From NCBI GenBank assembly GCA_965645245.1, contig OZ287083.1, forward strand, positions 930,001-994,000: a stretch of 64,000 nucleotides of DNA, written 5' to 3'. Origin of the DNA: Massalongia carnosa. Lineage: Eukaryota. Positions 1 to 12,064 of this stretch are shown piece after piece (position 1 is the first letter of the stretch; each line of letters opens with the position of its first letter). The notes beneath the pieces are model-generated. The model did no database searches. It saw only the letters and a list, made by a program, of their open reading frames with translations, and was not told the origin of the DNA. The position numbers and the translations under genes are program-made.

Positions 1-681
1 TGACACTAAACTATTTTAAGATATGTTTTTATTTTACAAATACATCAACCCTCTATAACCCAACTATATATCGTCAATTTTGCCCCGTTTTTACTCCGTA
101 TTAGTAATAACCTTTAGTAATTGAAATATCGATTTTACAATTTGTTTTTGTAAAGCTCGTAAATATTCCAGCATAAATCATTTCAAATTTACTGGTCGAT
201 CTCTCCCTAACCTCCCGTTTCGATATTTTCGTCATCGAGCTGACCTAGCATCCATTCTCTAGTCGCGATTTTGTTATCAACAATAAATTTAATCAAAATA
301 TTATTTCCGATCCTAGTATTAAACAACATTTTTAAAGTAATTGTGGTGTCGATATTTTGTTTCATGTTTAGGATTTCGTTGACATAATGTATGCAATTCA
401 TCAATAAGTGTTCTGGCGTTTGACGTTCGTTGCAGCGCCCTGTGCATTTTGACGAATTATTATCTTTCAATCGGTGCGATATGATCGGAAATAACCGTGC
501 CCGAATTTCATTTGCATAATAGTCGCAAATATCAATTTCGAACAATTATTCGACAGATAATAAAAACTCGATTTGCCCGGCTGCATTTCGAATTTCTCAT
601 AGTATTTGCCTTTTGACTTGCATTGTTGCCATTGATTCGCCCATGTGGCTAACATATTTCGATTTATTTGACCCTTTACAT
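1..681 (-). mobile_element. AT-rich degenerate LINE (Tad1-like) 3' fragment, copy 1
   Basis: Minus-strand frames give 'QMKFGHGYFRSY' and 'KCTGRCNERQTPEHLLMNC', the C-terminal Cys/His domain of Tad1-type ORF2. Frameshifted. Aligns by eye with 896-1583. Confidence 0.75.
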
Positions 682-850
682 TCAAAAAATCGTTCTGACT
701 ACTAGTCCTGAAAACACTGCTGAAGATTTATTGAAAAATAAATCAATATGGGAGTATTTATTTGACCCACGAATAGTTCGAAAGGATGAATCGTGGTTCA
801 AAGTCGTCGCACACGGTGTAAACTATCCAATATTTGATGAAAACATGCAA
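682..850 (+). mobile_element. Probable LINE ORF1 (gag-like) fragment
   Basis: 'DLLKNKSIWE...ESWFKVVAHGV' resembles the central region of Tad1-type ORF1. It is inverted relative to its neighbours. Confidence 0.4.
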
Positions 851-1860
851 TTTTATTTCTTTATTTATTCATTAAGTGTATTCAACCTAAGGTTATGACA
901 CTAAACTATTTTAGGATATGTTTCTATAATACAAATAAATCAACCCTTTATAACCCATCTATGTATCGTCAATTTTTCCCCCGTTTTTACTCCGTGTTAG
1001 TAACAACCTATAGTAATCGAAAAATTATCGATTTTACAATTTGTTTTTGTAAGTTCGTAAATATTTCAGCATAAATCTTTTCTGATTTTACTGTTCGATC
1101 TCTCCCCAACCTCCAGTTTCGACAATTTCGTTATCAAGCTGTCTTAGTATCTCCATTTTCTAGTCGCGATTTTGTCATTCACAATGAATTTAATCAAAAT
1201 GTCATTTCCGATTTTTGTATTAAACAACATATTCAAGTTGATCGTAGTACCGACAGTTTGTTTCATGTTTTGAATTTCATCGAAATAGTTAATGCAATTC
1301 AATAACAAGTTTTCTGGCGTTTGTCGTTGATTGCATCGATTTTTGTATTTTGACGAATTATAATCTTTCAATCGATGTAAATATGATCGAAAATAGCCAT
1401 ATCCGAATTTTAATTGCATAATAGTAGCAAATATCAATTTTGAACAGTTGTTTGATAAATAATAAAAACTCGATTTTCCAGGTTTCATTTCGAATTTCTC
1501 GTAGTATTTACCTTTTGATTTGTATTGTTGTCATTGATTAGTCCATGCGGTTAGCATATTTTGATTTATTTGTTCTTTTACATAATCAAATGTTATCGCC
1601 GAGAACTCGACAACGATTTGATTATGGCCCGTCTTTGCTGTTTTGTCTGCAATTTCGTTTCCGGTAATTTTTTAATGACTCGGAACCCATTGCCAAATCA
1701 CCTGATAATTGCTTTCAAATAATCGTTTTGCGAGCTTTCGAATTTGGTTTGCAAATATATGATTAGTCAAGTTCTGAATTTCGTTCATCGCGTTTATACT
1801 ATCAGAAAAAATCCAAATCGTTTTTTCTAAGTTCGATAAAATGTAAGTATTCGACAATTT
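851..1860 (-). mobile_element. AT-rich degenerate LINE 3' fragment with RNase H remnant, copy 2
   Basis: RNase H-like 'IWIFSDS...QWVPSH' (1672-1857), C-terminal Cys/His domain (1144-1488), and an (AAAT)n-like tail at about 851-873 on the minus strand. Confidence 0.8.
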
Positions 1861-1941
1861 ATAGACCTATTTCGGATTTATTTCTTCTTGATTCAATATA
1901 TTTGAAAGACTTGGCTTTATAAGAGAAGGTATCTAAATGCG

Positions 1942-3422
1942 ATGATAAATTTATTCAATCAGCAAAACGCGTTCTTGAATGAACATAGCGAAAAGAAGGA
2001 AAGCTTGCGTGAGAAAATCAAGGAGTATCTTGATCGTGTGGGCACTGTGGGTGACCCGGTGGCGTTACAGTTGCTGAAAAGTTCAGCGGAGCTTTTGCAA
2101 GCGCAAAAGCAGATCGACGACGAAGTCGCAATGGCGCCCAATATCCACATAGACACTCTACAATCTATTCAACAAATACCGACACGCAAAGAACAGAAGG
2201 ATACAACTCCCCAAAGCTACGTCGCTGCCGCCACGGGGCGAGGACGTGATGGACCCGCACCCCCAGCGAAGAAAAATGTCAAGTCCCAACCGACTTCAAA
2301 GGACAAAACACCTATACCGAAGGAAGCGCGACGCGCTCGAGAAATCACTGTTCATATAACGGAGAATGCAGATAAGGAAAATATGAAGCTGATGCCAACT
2401 AAAGAGCTGGTAGAAACATTGCAAAATGGAGCGGAAGGAATACGAGGAGTGTCGCACTTGTTAAATGGTGACATAAGGTTTCACACGGAGTCATTGGAGG
2501 CAAAGAAAATTCTTCAGGAAAAGACCGACTGGACCCGCATGATGGCCGCCTCCGCAGCGGTGAATACTCGTACCTTCACTGTAAGGGCAAATAGAATCAG
2601 GGTGGAAAATATCAAAGTAGCCAATCAATCAACTGCTATCGCGTACCTGCAGGCCGCCAACGCACGCCTGCATCCTGACCTCAAGATCATCAAAGTAGCT
2701 TGGTCAGTCAAGGTTATCAGGGAGAAGAAAGCATACTCCACGCTACACATGGAGGTCGCTACCGCCGAGATGGCCAACCGGCTCATCTCCGAGGGTCTGA
2801 TAGAGGACCACGAATTAAAAGACTGTGAGCGTTTTACACGCGGTTGCACCATGACCCAATGCTTCAATTGTAAGAAATATGGCCACAGAGGTAAAACATG
2901 TCGCAATCCCGCCGCTTGTGGTCACTGTACCGGTGGATATCAAAGTAAAGAATGCAACTTGGAGACAACGGGGCAATACCGTCGATGTGCCGTATGCGGA
3001 GAGAAGGGACACGAGGCGTGGTCTACAGCATGCAAAATCAGAAAGGCTCAAAAGGGAAAAACTGAAATTGCTGTGCAAAATCGCGCTCCACTATACACAA
3101 TCGAGTCACAATCGCCCTCATTCCAGTTTCGAGGAGCGCCGACACTCGCAGCTACACAAACGAACGAAATTTCGTCAACATGGAAGATTGTGAAGGGCAA
3201 GGAAAGAAAAATGCACAACGCGGGGCTCTCAGCCGATTTATCACCGGGCTTCCCCGAGGAGAGCAAGTATCAACCTGGACTAATATAGGCATTATGAATC
3301 CTAAAAATATGATCAAAGCCTTAGCAAAACCAGCGCTAGGTAGACCCCGCGCAGAATCCGTAGTAACGACAGGTACCCAGGCCACCCTAGTCACAGTAGT
3401 CGAAACCATAGAAATCCTATGA
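1942..3422 (+). pseudogene. LINE-A ORF1 (gag-like), frameshifted near the 3' end
   Basis: ORF 1942-3288 has CFNCKKYGH and CGHCTGG. Its C-terminus continues in frame 3180-3422 ('IMNPKNM...AKPALGRP'), matching LINE-B ORF1 'IMKPMNM...AKPILGRP'. Confidence 0.85.
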
Positions 3423-5992
3423 GGGACACAAAATCCCTCTCGATATTGCAGTATAATGTCAGAAATGACAAAGTGAGTACTATGATACCCCTCTTAGCAG
3501 ACGCAAACACCCAGGACTATGATATCATTATAATACAGGAGCCGTGGCGCAACCTATCCGCCCCCATATCGCTCAGTTCACATCAAAGTAGCTTTCACCT
3601 TATATACCGCTCAGGAGGCGACACCAGAGTGTGCTTCTATATCAACGATTCAATAGACACTGACAGCTGGGAAGTAGAATTTCCCTCGGCCGACATGTGC
3701 ACGCTAAAAATAGAAACATTCACTGAAGGCGTAGCGGAGGTGATCAATAAACACAACGTATACAATCCCTCCTCTGCCTCCTATTCGTCTACTGAAAGTC
3801 CCTCTACTCTATCGACCGCTCGGAGCATGCTAACCCAAGGCGTGCATCATATCCTGCTTGGTGATTTCAATCTGCATCATCCATTTTGGAACGGTCCTTC
3901 AAGACCTACACAATATGCTGCAGCGGATCAATTGTTAGATATCATCGATGAATTCAATCTCTCGCTAACGTTGCCGAAGGGCACCGTAACATGGGAAGCA
4001 AGAAACACGTTTAGCACGATCGATCCAGTTTTCATGTCAGAATATCTAGATAAAAGACTTGAACACTGCATGACCAGACCAGAATTAAATTAATAGTCCG
4101 ATCACGTACCGATATCAACCCGCATCCTACTCGGTAGTGAGTCGCAGCCAAAAAGTAAACGCAGGGCATGGAAACTTCTAAATTTGGAAAAATTAATGGA
4201 AGCCGAGCGCCACGCACCTCCACCGACGTCTCCCTGCACACCTGCCGAGATCGATACGTATACAGAATCGATTCAAAAATTCCTACAAAATGTCATCAAT
4301 GTAGCCGTTCCATGCGCGAAACCTAGCGAATATGCTAAGCCTTTCTGGACAGAAGAATGCAATATTGCCACCAAAGCCACACGAAAGTTACGCTACATAT
4401 AGTCTAACACACGAGATCCAGCGGACTGGTCTAACTACATAAAGTCTAATGACAAGAAACAGAAAATTATCCAAAAAGCAAAGAGGACAAATTTTCGTCA
4501 AGAGATCAGTAAGGCTACCGAAACGCCTCAGGGTCTGTGGCGGCTAGCGAAATGGGCCAAGACAAAAGTCACTCAGCTAGAGAAGTACCCAAAATGCCGA
4601 CTTTAAAGTTCAATAATCAAATAGCAGACACGTTTGATGAGAAAGCCGAAATGCTGAAAAGCATTTTCTTTCCCGCACCACCATCGGCCGACTTAAGCGA
4701 TATAGAAGGATCCTTCTATCCAGCATCGCCGCACTGTCTAATGATCATCACCAGGTCAGAAGATTCGAAGGCCTTGCATCGGCTCAAGCCCGATAAAGCA
4801 CCTGGTCCTGACGGCATATCTAATATAGTACTCATATAGTACTCAAGGCATGCGCGGAAAAACTTGTTGAACTATTAACACCTCTGTTTCAGGCGTGCGT
4901 TACACTTTTGTAACATCCCCGAGCCTTCAAAATAGCAAACACAATAGAATTAAGAAAAATAGACAAAGGGAATTACACCAGTCTAAAGGCTTACCGATCA
5001 ATTGCATTACTCAAAACTCTCAGCAAAGTAATAGAATATATCATAGGATCAAAAATAACCTATTTAGCGGAAACACATCGGCTCCTACCCGACACACAGA
5101 TGGGAGCGAGAAAGGGCAGATCTACAGAATAAGCTCTAGAGTTGTTAACCGAACAGGTTCACACGATTTGGGGACAAGGAAAAGATAAAGTAGCCACACT
5201 TTTAAGCATGGATGTCGCCGGCGCGTTTGATACAGTTTCACATCAAAGACTAACGCACAATCTACGTAAAAGAAAAATCCCGAAATGGATTACTGATTAG
5301 TTAAACAGCTTTTTAAATGATTGTAGCACAACTCTAGCTATAAATCGAAAAGCGACCGGACGATTAGCGGTGAGAACTGGTATACCACAGGGCTCCCCTC
5401 TCTCATCCATCCTTTATCAATTCTATAATGCAGATCTATTGGAAATATGTGATCGACCAGGCACAAATACAAGTGCCATAGAATTTGTAGACGATGCCAA
5501 CATTTGGCATACGGAAAAAGCACCGAAGAGAATTGCAAGACTCTGGAGTCAATACATAGACAATGCGAAAAGTGGGCTTCCCGACACGGATCTCTATTCG
5601 ATCCGACGAAGTACGAACTCATTCTACGCCGCGGAATGGGTTGGGTTGGGTTGGGTTATTAAAATAAGAACCCAACCCAATAGGTTTTGGGTTGGGTTGG
5701 GTTATTGTTGGGTTACCCAACAGAAAAGGGTACTGATATATGGACACCCTATCCGCTACCTAGACTCACCCTCTCCGGCTACCTAGACACACCCCTTCCG
5801 GATTTTCAATCATTGTAGATTTATTTTGATGACTATCACAAAGTAAAATGTAGATTATAGATAAAACATTTATTTCGTTGACGTCGAACTACCATAAAGA
5901 CTATCACAAATTCATATGCTATCTTCTATGGAATATCGAAGTATGTCGCCTATTCATCGCTTCCTATTCAAAACTCGTAAAGAAAGTCTCTC

Positions 5993-6192
5993 NNNNNNNN
6001 NNNNNNNNNNNNNNNNNNNNNNNNNNNNNNNNNNNNNNNNNNNNNNNNNNNNNNNNNNNNNNNNNNNNNNNNNNNNNNNNNNNNNNNNNNNNNNNNNNNN
6101 NNNNNNNNNNNNNNNNNNNNNNNNNNNNNNNNNNNNNNNNNNNNNNNNNNNNNNNNNNNNNNNNNNNNNNNNNNNNNNNNNNNNNNNNNNNN
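5993..6192. other. Assembly gap (200 N)
   Basis: Run of N. The true length is unknown. Confidence 1.
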
Positions 6193-8889
6193 ATGGAAGC
6201 CGACCCCTTCTTGTGCGCGTTGCAATCCTCTTATTCCTATCGCGTTGCTCGGAAATGGAGTTTCTGTGATTGTAAGTTCGTTTCTTACTTTTCTGTAGAA
6301 TAATTAGCTCAAGAAGACACGAAAGTAAGTGACCCGATACTTACATCTCGCGCAGAGACCTGCTCAACCTGCGATGACCCGATCTGCGTTAACTGATCCT
6401 CGTCATTGTTATCGTCTTCATTATCACTAATGTAGACCTTCTGAAAAACATGTGTTAGGTCTTCATGTCGCCTTTGCATCTCATTAGTCAAATCCTCAAG
6501 ACTCATGCTTTCTTCTTCTTCCAATCAACGTTTAAACTTGCATCTGCATTCTCCTTCTGATCGTAGAAACGAACCATCATCATCGCCGAGAATGTATCCG
6601 GATAAAAATTCTTGCGATGATCGTAAAGGGCTCCCGCAACGCTAAAAACGCGCTCACATCCAACGCCAGCGGCTGGTACAGCAAGGATGTCCCTGGCAAC
6701 CATACTCATTTGTGGAAATTCCGGCTCGAGATCTTTCCACTGTTGTAGAATAGGACCCGAACGATCATGCATCGCTATGTATTGTAAATAAGTTGAACAC
6801 AATAAGAAAAGACCTGATTTATTGTATCAGTTAACCTACCTCGCTGACGATAGCAGTTGAACTCGTCATCTAGAGCGAGGGGAGTAGCATTATTCGTACT
6901 CAGAAGAAGATCCAGATTATTCAAGTCTCGAATGACCGCGACATCACGCCCGCGTACTTGTGAGGTTTGAGAATTCTCGTAGATATCGAATTCCGCTTCC
7001 AGAGATTGCCAATATTGATCTTCCCATCGACTTTCCCCATAGGGCGCATCCCAATTGGGACCCTTGAAAATTAGGTCCTTCTTATTGGGAGATAGCAATG
7101 CCGCCTTTCTATATAGATAACCTAATGACCCCTGAGTTTTAGAATAGTATTGACGTTATTTCGTTGCAGCCGCCTCGATGTCATTCAATAGCGCACGTTT
7201 CCACGATACTCGCTTACGAGATAATCTTGCGCGAGCTTGATCCAGATTATCGAACAGCTTATTGTAGATCTCGAACACCTGATGAATGGTCGGTTGCTTT
7301 TATTGACCAATCATCTTTGTGAAGACGCAGAATAGCTTCGTTAAATCGATAAGATATTCTATCTGTGACCATTCCACGTCGAGCAATCTCAAATACTCGG
7401 CTTCATGTTTATCATGATATCTATTCAGCGCTTGTCGCAACTTGAGCGCTCGAATTAACATGTGACATGTAGAGTCCCATCGAGTATTTACATCTTGAAA
7501 AAGCTTAAGTACTGTACCGCTGACCGAGTTTCCAGTGCGTCTCTCTTCGTCATTCAATGCTCGTTGAACAGAGTAGAAGTTCTCCTTACGTAAATTGCTA
7601 CTGTTAATGTAAACAGCTAATGCTCGAACCTAATCGAAATTTAGAACGACTACCACAACGACTACCACAAAATAAATCTTGCCTTAGCTAGCGTAAGGGG
7701 AACTCCAGGTGTCGGGTTTTCGAAATCCCGTCTATCTTGCTTATCATCCTAACTAGTTTTGAAATCGGCATTTTTGGGATTAATATGAATACACCCAAGT
7801 AGCTGTTTCACGGCAAGTTGAATTACATGCGATAAACCAGGCACTCGTTGTATCTCATTAGCATCAGTGTATAGAAGTGCCAAGGCTCGATTGCTTCGTA
7901 TCATTCGTCGCAACTCATCTACCATCGTTGTGTTATTAGATGCACTGTCCGTGGTTAATGCCAAAACACGATCTTCAATAGAATATCTAATTAAAACGCT
8001 GTTCAATACTTCAGTAAGTTTTATTCCCGTGTGTGAGCCTTCAACGTGTTCGAAGGCAAGAAGCACTTCGTGATAATTCCATTTATCGTCAATAAAGTAA
8101 GCATTGATGGCCAGATAACCTTGACGATTAAATGACGACCAACAATCCAAAGCCAGAGAGACCTTTGAACTACCCCTAGGTAGCCTCTCGAGCAAAAGCG
8201 GAATAATCTCTTGACTTCGGGTCATCAAGCGATTCTTGATTGTCGATGGTGAAGGAAACTGTACATTATCGAGCAGACAGTTGAACGCTCTTTGCAATTC
8301 GACATTGGCGACACTTCGTAACGGTAGCCCAAGAGCAACAATCATACGAAGCAATTGCGGCGTGAAATCGTCCTTTTTTAGTCTACGCCCGTTGAGAGTT
8401 AAGGTCTCTTGTCTTTTTGCTTCAATCTAATATTGATTATCAAGGCAAGTAATGTGGTAGTCATTGTGGTAGTCATACTTCGGCACGATATTCAACCTTT
8501 AAGGAAAGTTGCTTCATTCCTTTCAATATCGACGTCTTTTTACAGGACTCGGAATTTAAGTGATTAGTCATGCAGTTATTTTCGGAGCCCAGTGAGGGAT
8601 GAGTCAAGACCAGGGAGCTTCGCGAGCAGATTATTTTGGGATTACTATCGCCTATAGTGGCACCTTCCTGAAACTCTTTCAATTCCGCCGCCTTTCTTTT
8701 GGTCGATCCCCAATCGATCTTCTTCATCGCCTTTCTACTCTTCTCTTCATTAGCAAAATGCCATCTCGTACTTCGCCATCATTCCATAAACTCCTCGCTC
8801 TTCTCGGCCACATATGCGTAGTATCTGGTGGGTATGCCCATAACTTGAGGATTGTGTATCTCTGAATCCATCATCTGCGAGCTGCTCAT
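6193..8889 (-). pseudogene. hAT transposase, intron-containing and disrupted; 3' limit uncertain
   Basis: Motifs SLALDCWSS, TTDSASNN, DVNTRWDST and the dimerisation domain ARDILAVPAAGVGCERVFS. Degenerate BED-like finger near the N-terminus. Premature stops at about 7749 and 7300. Confidence 0.9.
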
Positions 8890-8920
8890 TGTTGCGAATC
8901 ACGAGGATTATATATATAGG

Positions 8921-8995
8921 ATGTAGCAGTAGGAATGTAGCAGTAGGAATGTAGCAGTAGCAATGTAGCAGTAGGAATGTAGCAGTAGGAATGTA
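8921..8995. repeat. 14-bp tandem repeat (ATGTAGCAGTAGGA) x5.4
   Basis: Directly visible, just upstream of a TATA-like (TA)n run in front of the hAT transposase ATG. Confidence 0.95.
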
Positions 8996-9449
8996 ACTTC
9001 ATTGACTAGATTATGCTGCGATAAAGCATTAATAACTACGTTTACATTCTAAAAACTCAGTCAAATCCAACGCATGCATACATATTCTACCTAAACTAGC
9101 CAACCCAACCTAGTCATACTGAACCTAACCATACCCAACCTAACCTAGTTGCCACGGGCGACTACTGATAACCTGTTTGCTTGCCTGTTTGCTTTTACGA
9201 GGTACTTAGGGACAGTCCCCCCAGACCGTCCCCCCCCCCCCCCCCTTGTGGTAAATCTTTGCTAGTAAACAGCCATTTCACTGCTTATCCAGGGTGCGTA
9301 CAAGTTAGTAATGCAACTGCCAACAGCACATTAAACTCTTTTCGGTTTAAATCGTATGACGTGTTATTGCTACTAATAATTACTCTACTCGGTCTGATAA
9401 AGCATACCCTCACCCTCACCCTCACTTACCATTTGCCCTTGCCTATAAG

Positions 9450-10912
9450 ACAATCGGCGCAGAAAATATGTGATGAGGTGCGGAAAAAACAGTTAGATCA
9501 GGAGATTTTGTGCAATCAACAGTGAATACGCAATCCTAGATTGATCGATAGTAATGCTTTTACGCTACTCAATGGGAAAATTACGCATCATGCCATTGGC
9601 CTCGTTTCAAGAGAACTCGATGCCGTCAAATCATTAGCTGAACTGATCCTTTCTATTGTCCCTAATTGTGGAAGCTGTGTTTATGATTGTGAATTGCCTT
9701 TAAGGTACGGTCTCCCATGCAAATGCTGGTTGTATAACTGCATCATCGACTCGGTCCCTATTCCCGTTTCCCTCATTCACCCCCGCTGGTTTTTTGATGG
9801 CCTACCTTATGTGGTCTCTTGGCAAATGACCTTCGATTTCGCTCGCAGCTCGGAGCCCGAGGTCGAAAAGATCGTCGATGAGGTCGAAGGAACGGGAGAG
9901 ATTGACTCGGATAAGGCTAAGGTCGAGCTCGAAGAAGGCATGTTGAGTGAGGATAGATTTCGCCGCGGGGGCCTTGATTTGCTACGTTCTGTGGCATTTC
10001 AATCTATTGGCCTGCATCAATCAATACAAGATTCTCATTGAAGGGAGGAGTACGCCCGCGAGCATGCTCACATCGTTGAAAATTGCAATAAGAAATGGCA
10101 AAAGAAGGAGCTGGTAAGACCTCTCATCCCCACCACACTCCCCGACGAAATTCGGCCCAAAGAAAACCTCATGTATAAGAAAGGAGGGAGTCGTCGACTT
10201 GCCTACACTGGTCGAGCGGCAGCTGAGGCTAGAGAAACTGACAGCGACGTACTAGGCGAAGGGACTCTATTGAATAAAGAAGGAGGCTTAGATATAATAG
10301 ATTGCGTGCTGGGGTGACGATGAGGTTGAAGGTAAAACAGAAGGTGAAACAGATTGTAAAATTCACGATCTTGCGAAGTTATTGCGCTCGGGTCGGCTAA
10401 TATTGGGTACATTAGGTTTAGGAGAAAAATTAGTTATGGAGAGAATTGAAAACGCGTCTATCGACTCCGACGACGATGACGAGGTGCAGTATATAAACAC
10501 TCAACCCATTCTCGGTCGCTCTATGGATCCTATGCTTCCTTCGGATGACGAAAATGATATTATTCTTACATCAGAAGCATCGTCGGATTCGCTCGAAGAT
10601 ATTGACGATGTGCTTGCCAAGCATAGTCAAAAAGCCCTACCTCAGGCAGCGCCGGCTCCATCTCTTTATAGTCTTAGCCAAAACGTGCGCGCCAGTCAAA
10701 TTCTCCCTACTTCCTCTGCAACAACGCGAAAGTCTCGGGGTGTGGCGAAGAAATCAAAGGCTCAGTTGGAGTTGGAATCTCAACAAAGAGTCGAGAAATT
10801 AGTCAAACAGGCTAGGACTCAAATGAGAAAGGTGACCAAAACCATGAAGCCTAGAAAAGATGATGTATCGCAATTGGCTGACGAGTTTTTGGAGTTGAAG
10901 TCATCGCAATAG
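9450..10912 (+). pseudogene. Mutator-like (MULE) transposase C-terminal remnant inside the hAT
   Basis: SWIM-like 'CVYDCELPLRYGLPCKCW...IHPRW' followed by charged C-terminal segments. Stops at 9525 and 10041. No DDE core seen. Confidence 0.65.
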
Positions 10913-11047
10913 GTAGATTTATAGGTGTTGAATACACCTAGTCAGTAGTAGCAACATTATTAATACGTAGTATAACTGCTAGCTTGTACGCACCCTGGAT
11001 GAGTAGTAAAATAGCGACTGTCCCTAAGCATCTCGTTGCTTTTAGAT

Positions 11048-11270
11048 ATGGCACCGAAGACTCCGCGCAAGCATACGCGCAAACCTGCGCGAATTCCAAA
11101 CCGAACACTCGACAGAATACCCGGACCAGGTGCCAGAACTGGTGCGATAAGAAAACCAACCACCAGGAAGAGTATGCCTGGTGGTAAGTAGATGGTATAG
11201 TTGAGAATACGTAAGATACTAACGCCGATCGCCACGCTGATAAGTCAAGGTTATTGATTACCATTACTAA
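11048..11270 (+). pseudogene. Histone H3-tail-like exon with intron, truncated (hAT cargo)
   Basis: MAPKTPRKHTRKPAR...IRKPTTRKSMPG, then GTAAGT donor (11184), CTAAC (11219) and AAG acceptor (11244). Reads RKSMPG-VK if spliced and RKSMPGGK* if not. No histone fold follows. Confidence 0.45.
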
Positions 11271-11727
11271 GCATGTGATTTGGGTAACCCAATGAAAACC
11301 CAACCCGAACCCAACCCAACCCAACAATAACCCAACCCGAATCCAACCCAACCCAACCCATTCCGCGGCGTAACTCATTCACTTGTCTAGAAATCCCAAA
11401 AGATTCAATATGGCTGAATCTATCAACATTGCAAGCACCGAAATTGAACCAAAAACGGACATTAGAGTCTTAGGCTTATAAATTGACACCAAATTGAAAT
11501 GGGGACCGCACGTTCGCAAAACGCAAAAGAAAATGATTAAACAATCCATGGCATTGACAAAAATCTTCACATCGACTTGGGGTGCCACCTTCACCAATGC
11601 AAGGCAAGTTTACAGCGCCGTAGTACGTCCGGTCATGACATACGGGTCAACCGTATGGCACATGCCCAAAGAAGTCAAAAACGTCAACGAGCAAGCTCTC
11701 CGTTATGCAAAACAACTGCCTTCGCAC

Positions 11728-12064
11728 TGTGGTGGGGCGAAATGTATCATCTATGGTCAGGTGACATGGCAGGCCTGTGTGGGGATAAAACGGGATTTTT
11801 GCTGGCGTTCTCTTCATCATCTACGGACATCATCTTCTATCACCTACGCTGTCATTATCATCGTCGTGTCACGTAGTCATCGACACACGTTTATTTCCTG
11901 CATCAACTAGTCGTTCAGTCGTTCAGTCGTCGAGTTCTTTTCATGTCTATGCAGTCGTAGGACAATTTAGACGTTTATGTGTGTGTATATTCACTGCTCA
12001 GTTCGCTATCTATTATCCCGTACCACCACCTTCCATTAGCACGTACGACTACCCTTCTTTAACA
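11728..12064. mobile_element. 337-bp non-coding insert in LINE-A ORF2, solo-LTR-like
   Basis: Splits 'CLRT/IAGAFKA'. Ends TGT...ACA. No clean 5-bp TSD. Confidence 0.55.

Larger units (their letters stand above)
5625..11372 (-). mobile_element. hAT DNA transposon (~5.7 kb) with cargo
   Basis: 30-bp TIR TACGCCGCGGAATGGGTTGGGTTGGGTTGG at both ends. Perfect 8-bp TSD ACTCATTC at 5617-5624 and 11373-11380. Removing the element restores LINE 'KYELIHLSRNPK'. Confidence 0.95.

Noticed and set aside
5638..5715. Interstitial telomere
   Set aside because: The unit is TTGGG, it is mirrored at the other end of the element, and the hAT termini explain it.
5878..6303. ORFs with X runs
   Set aside because: Artefacts of the N gap.
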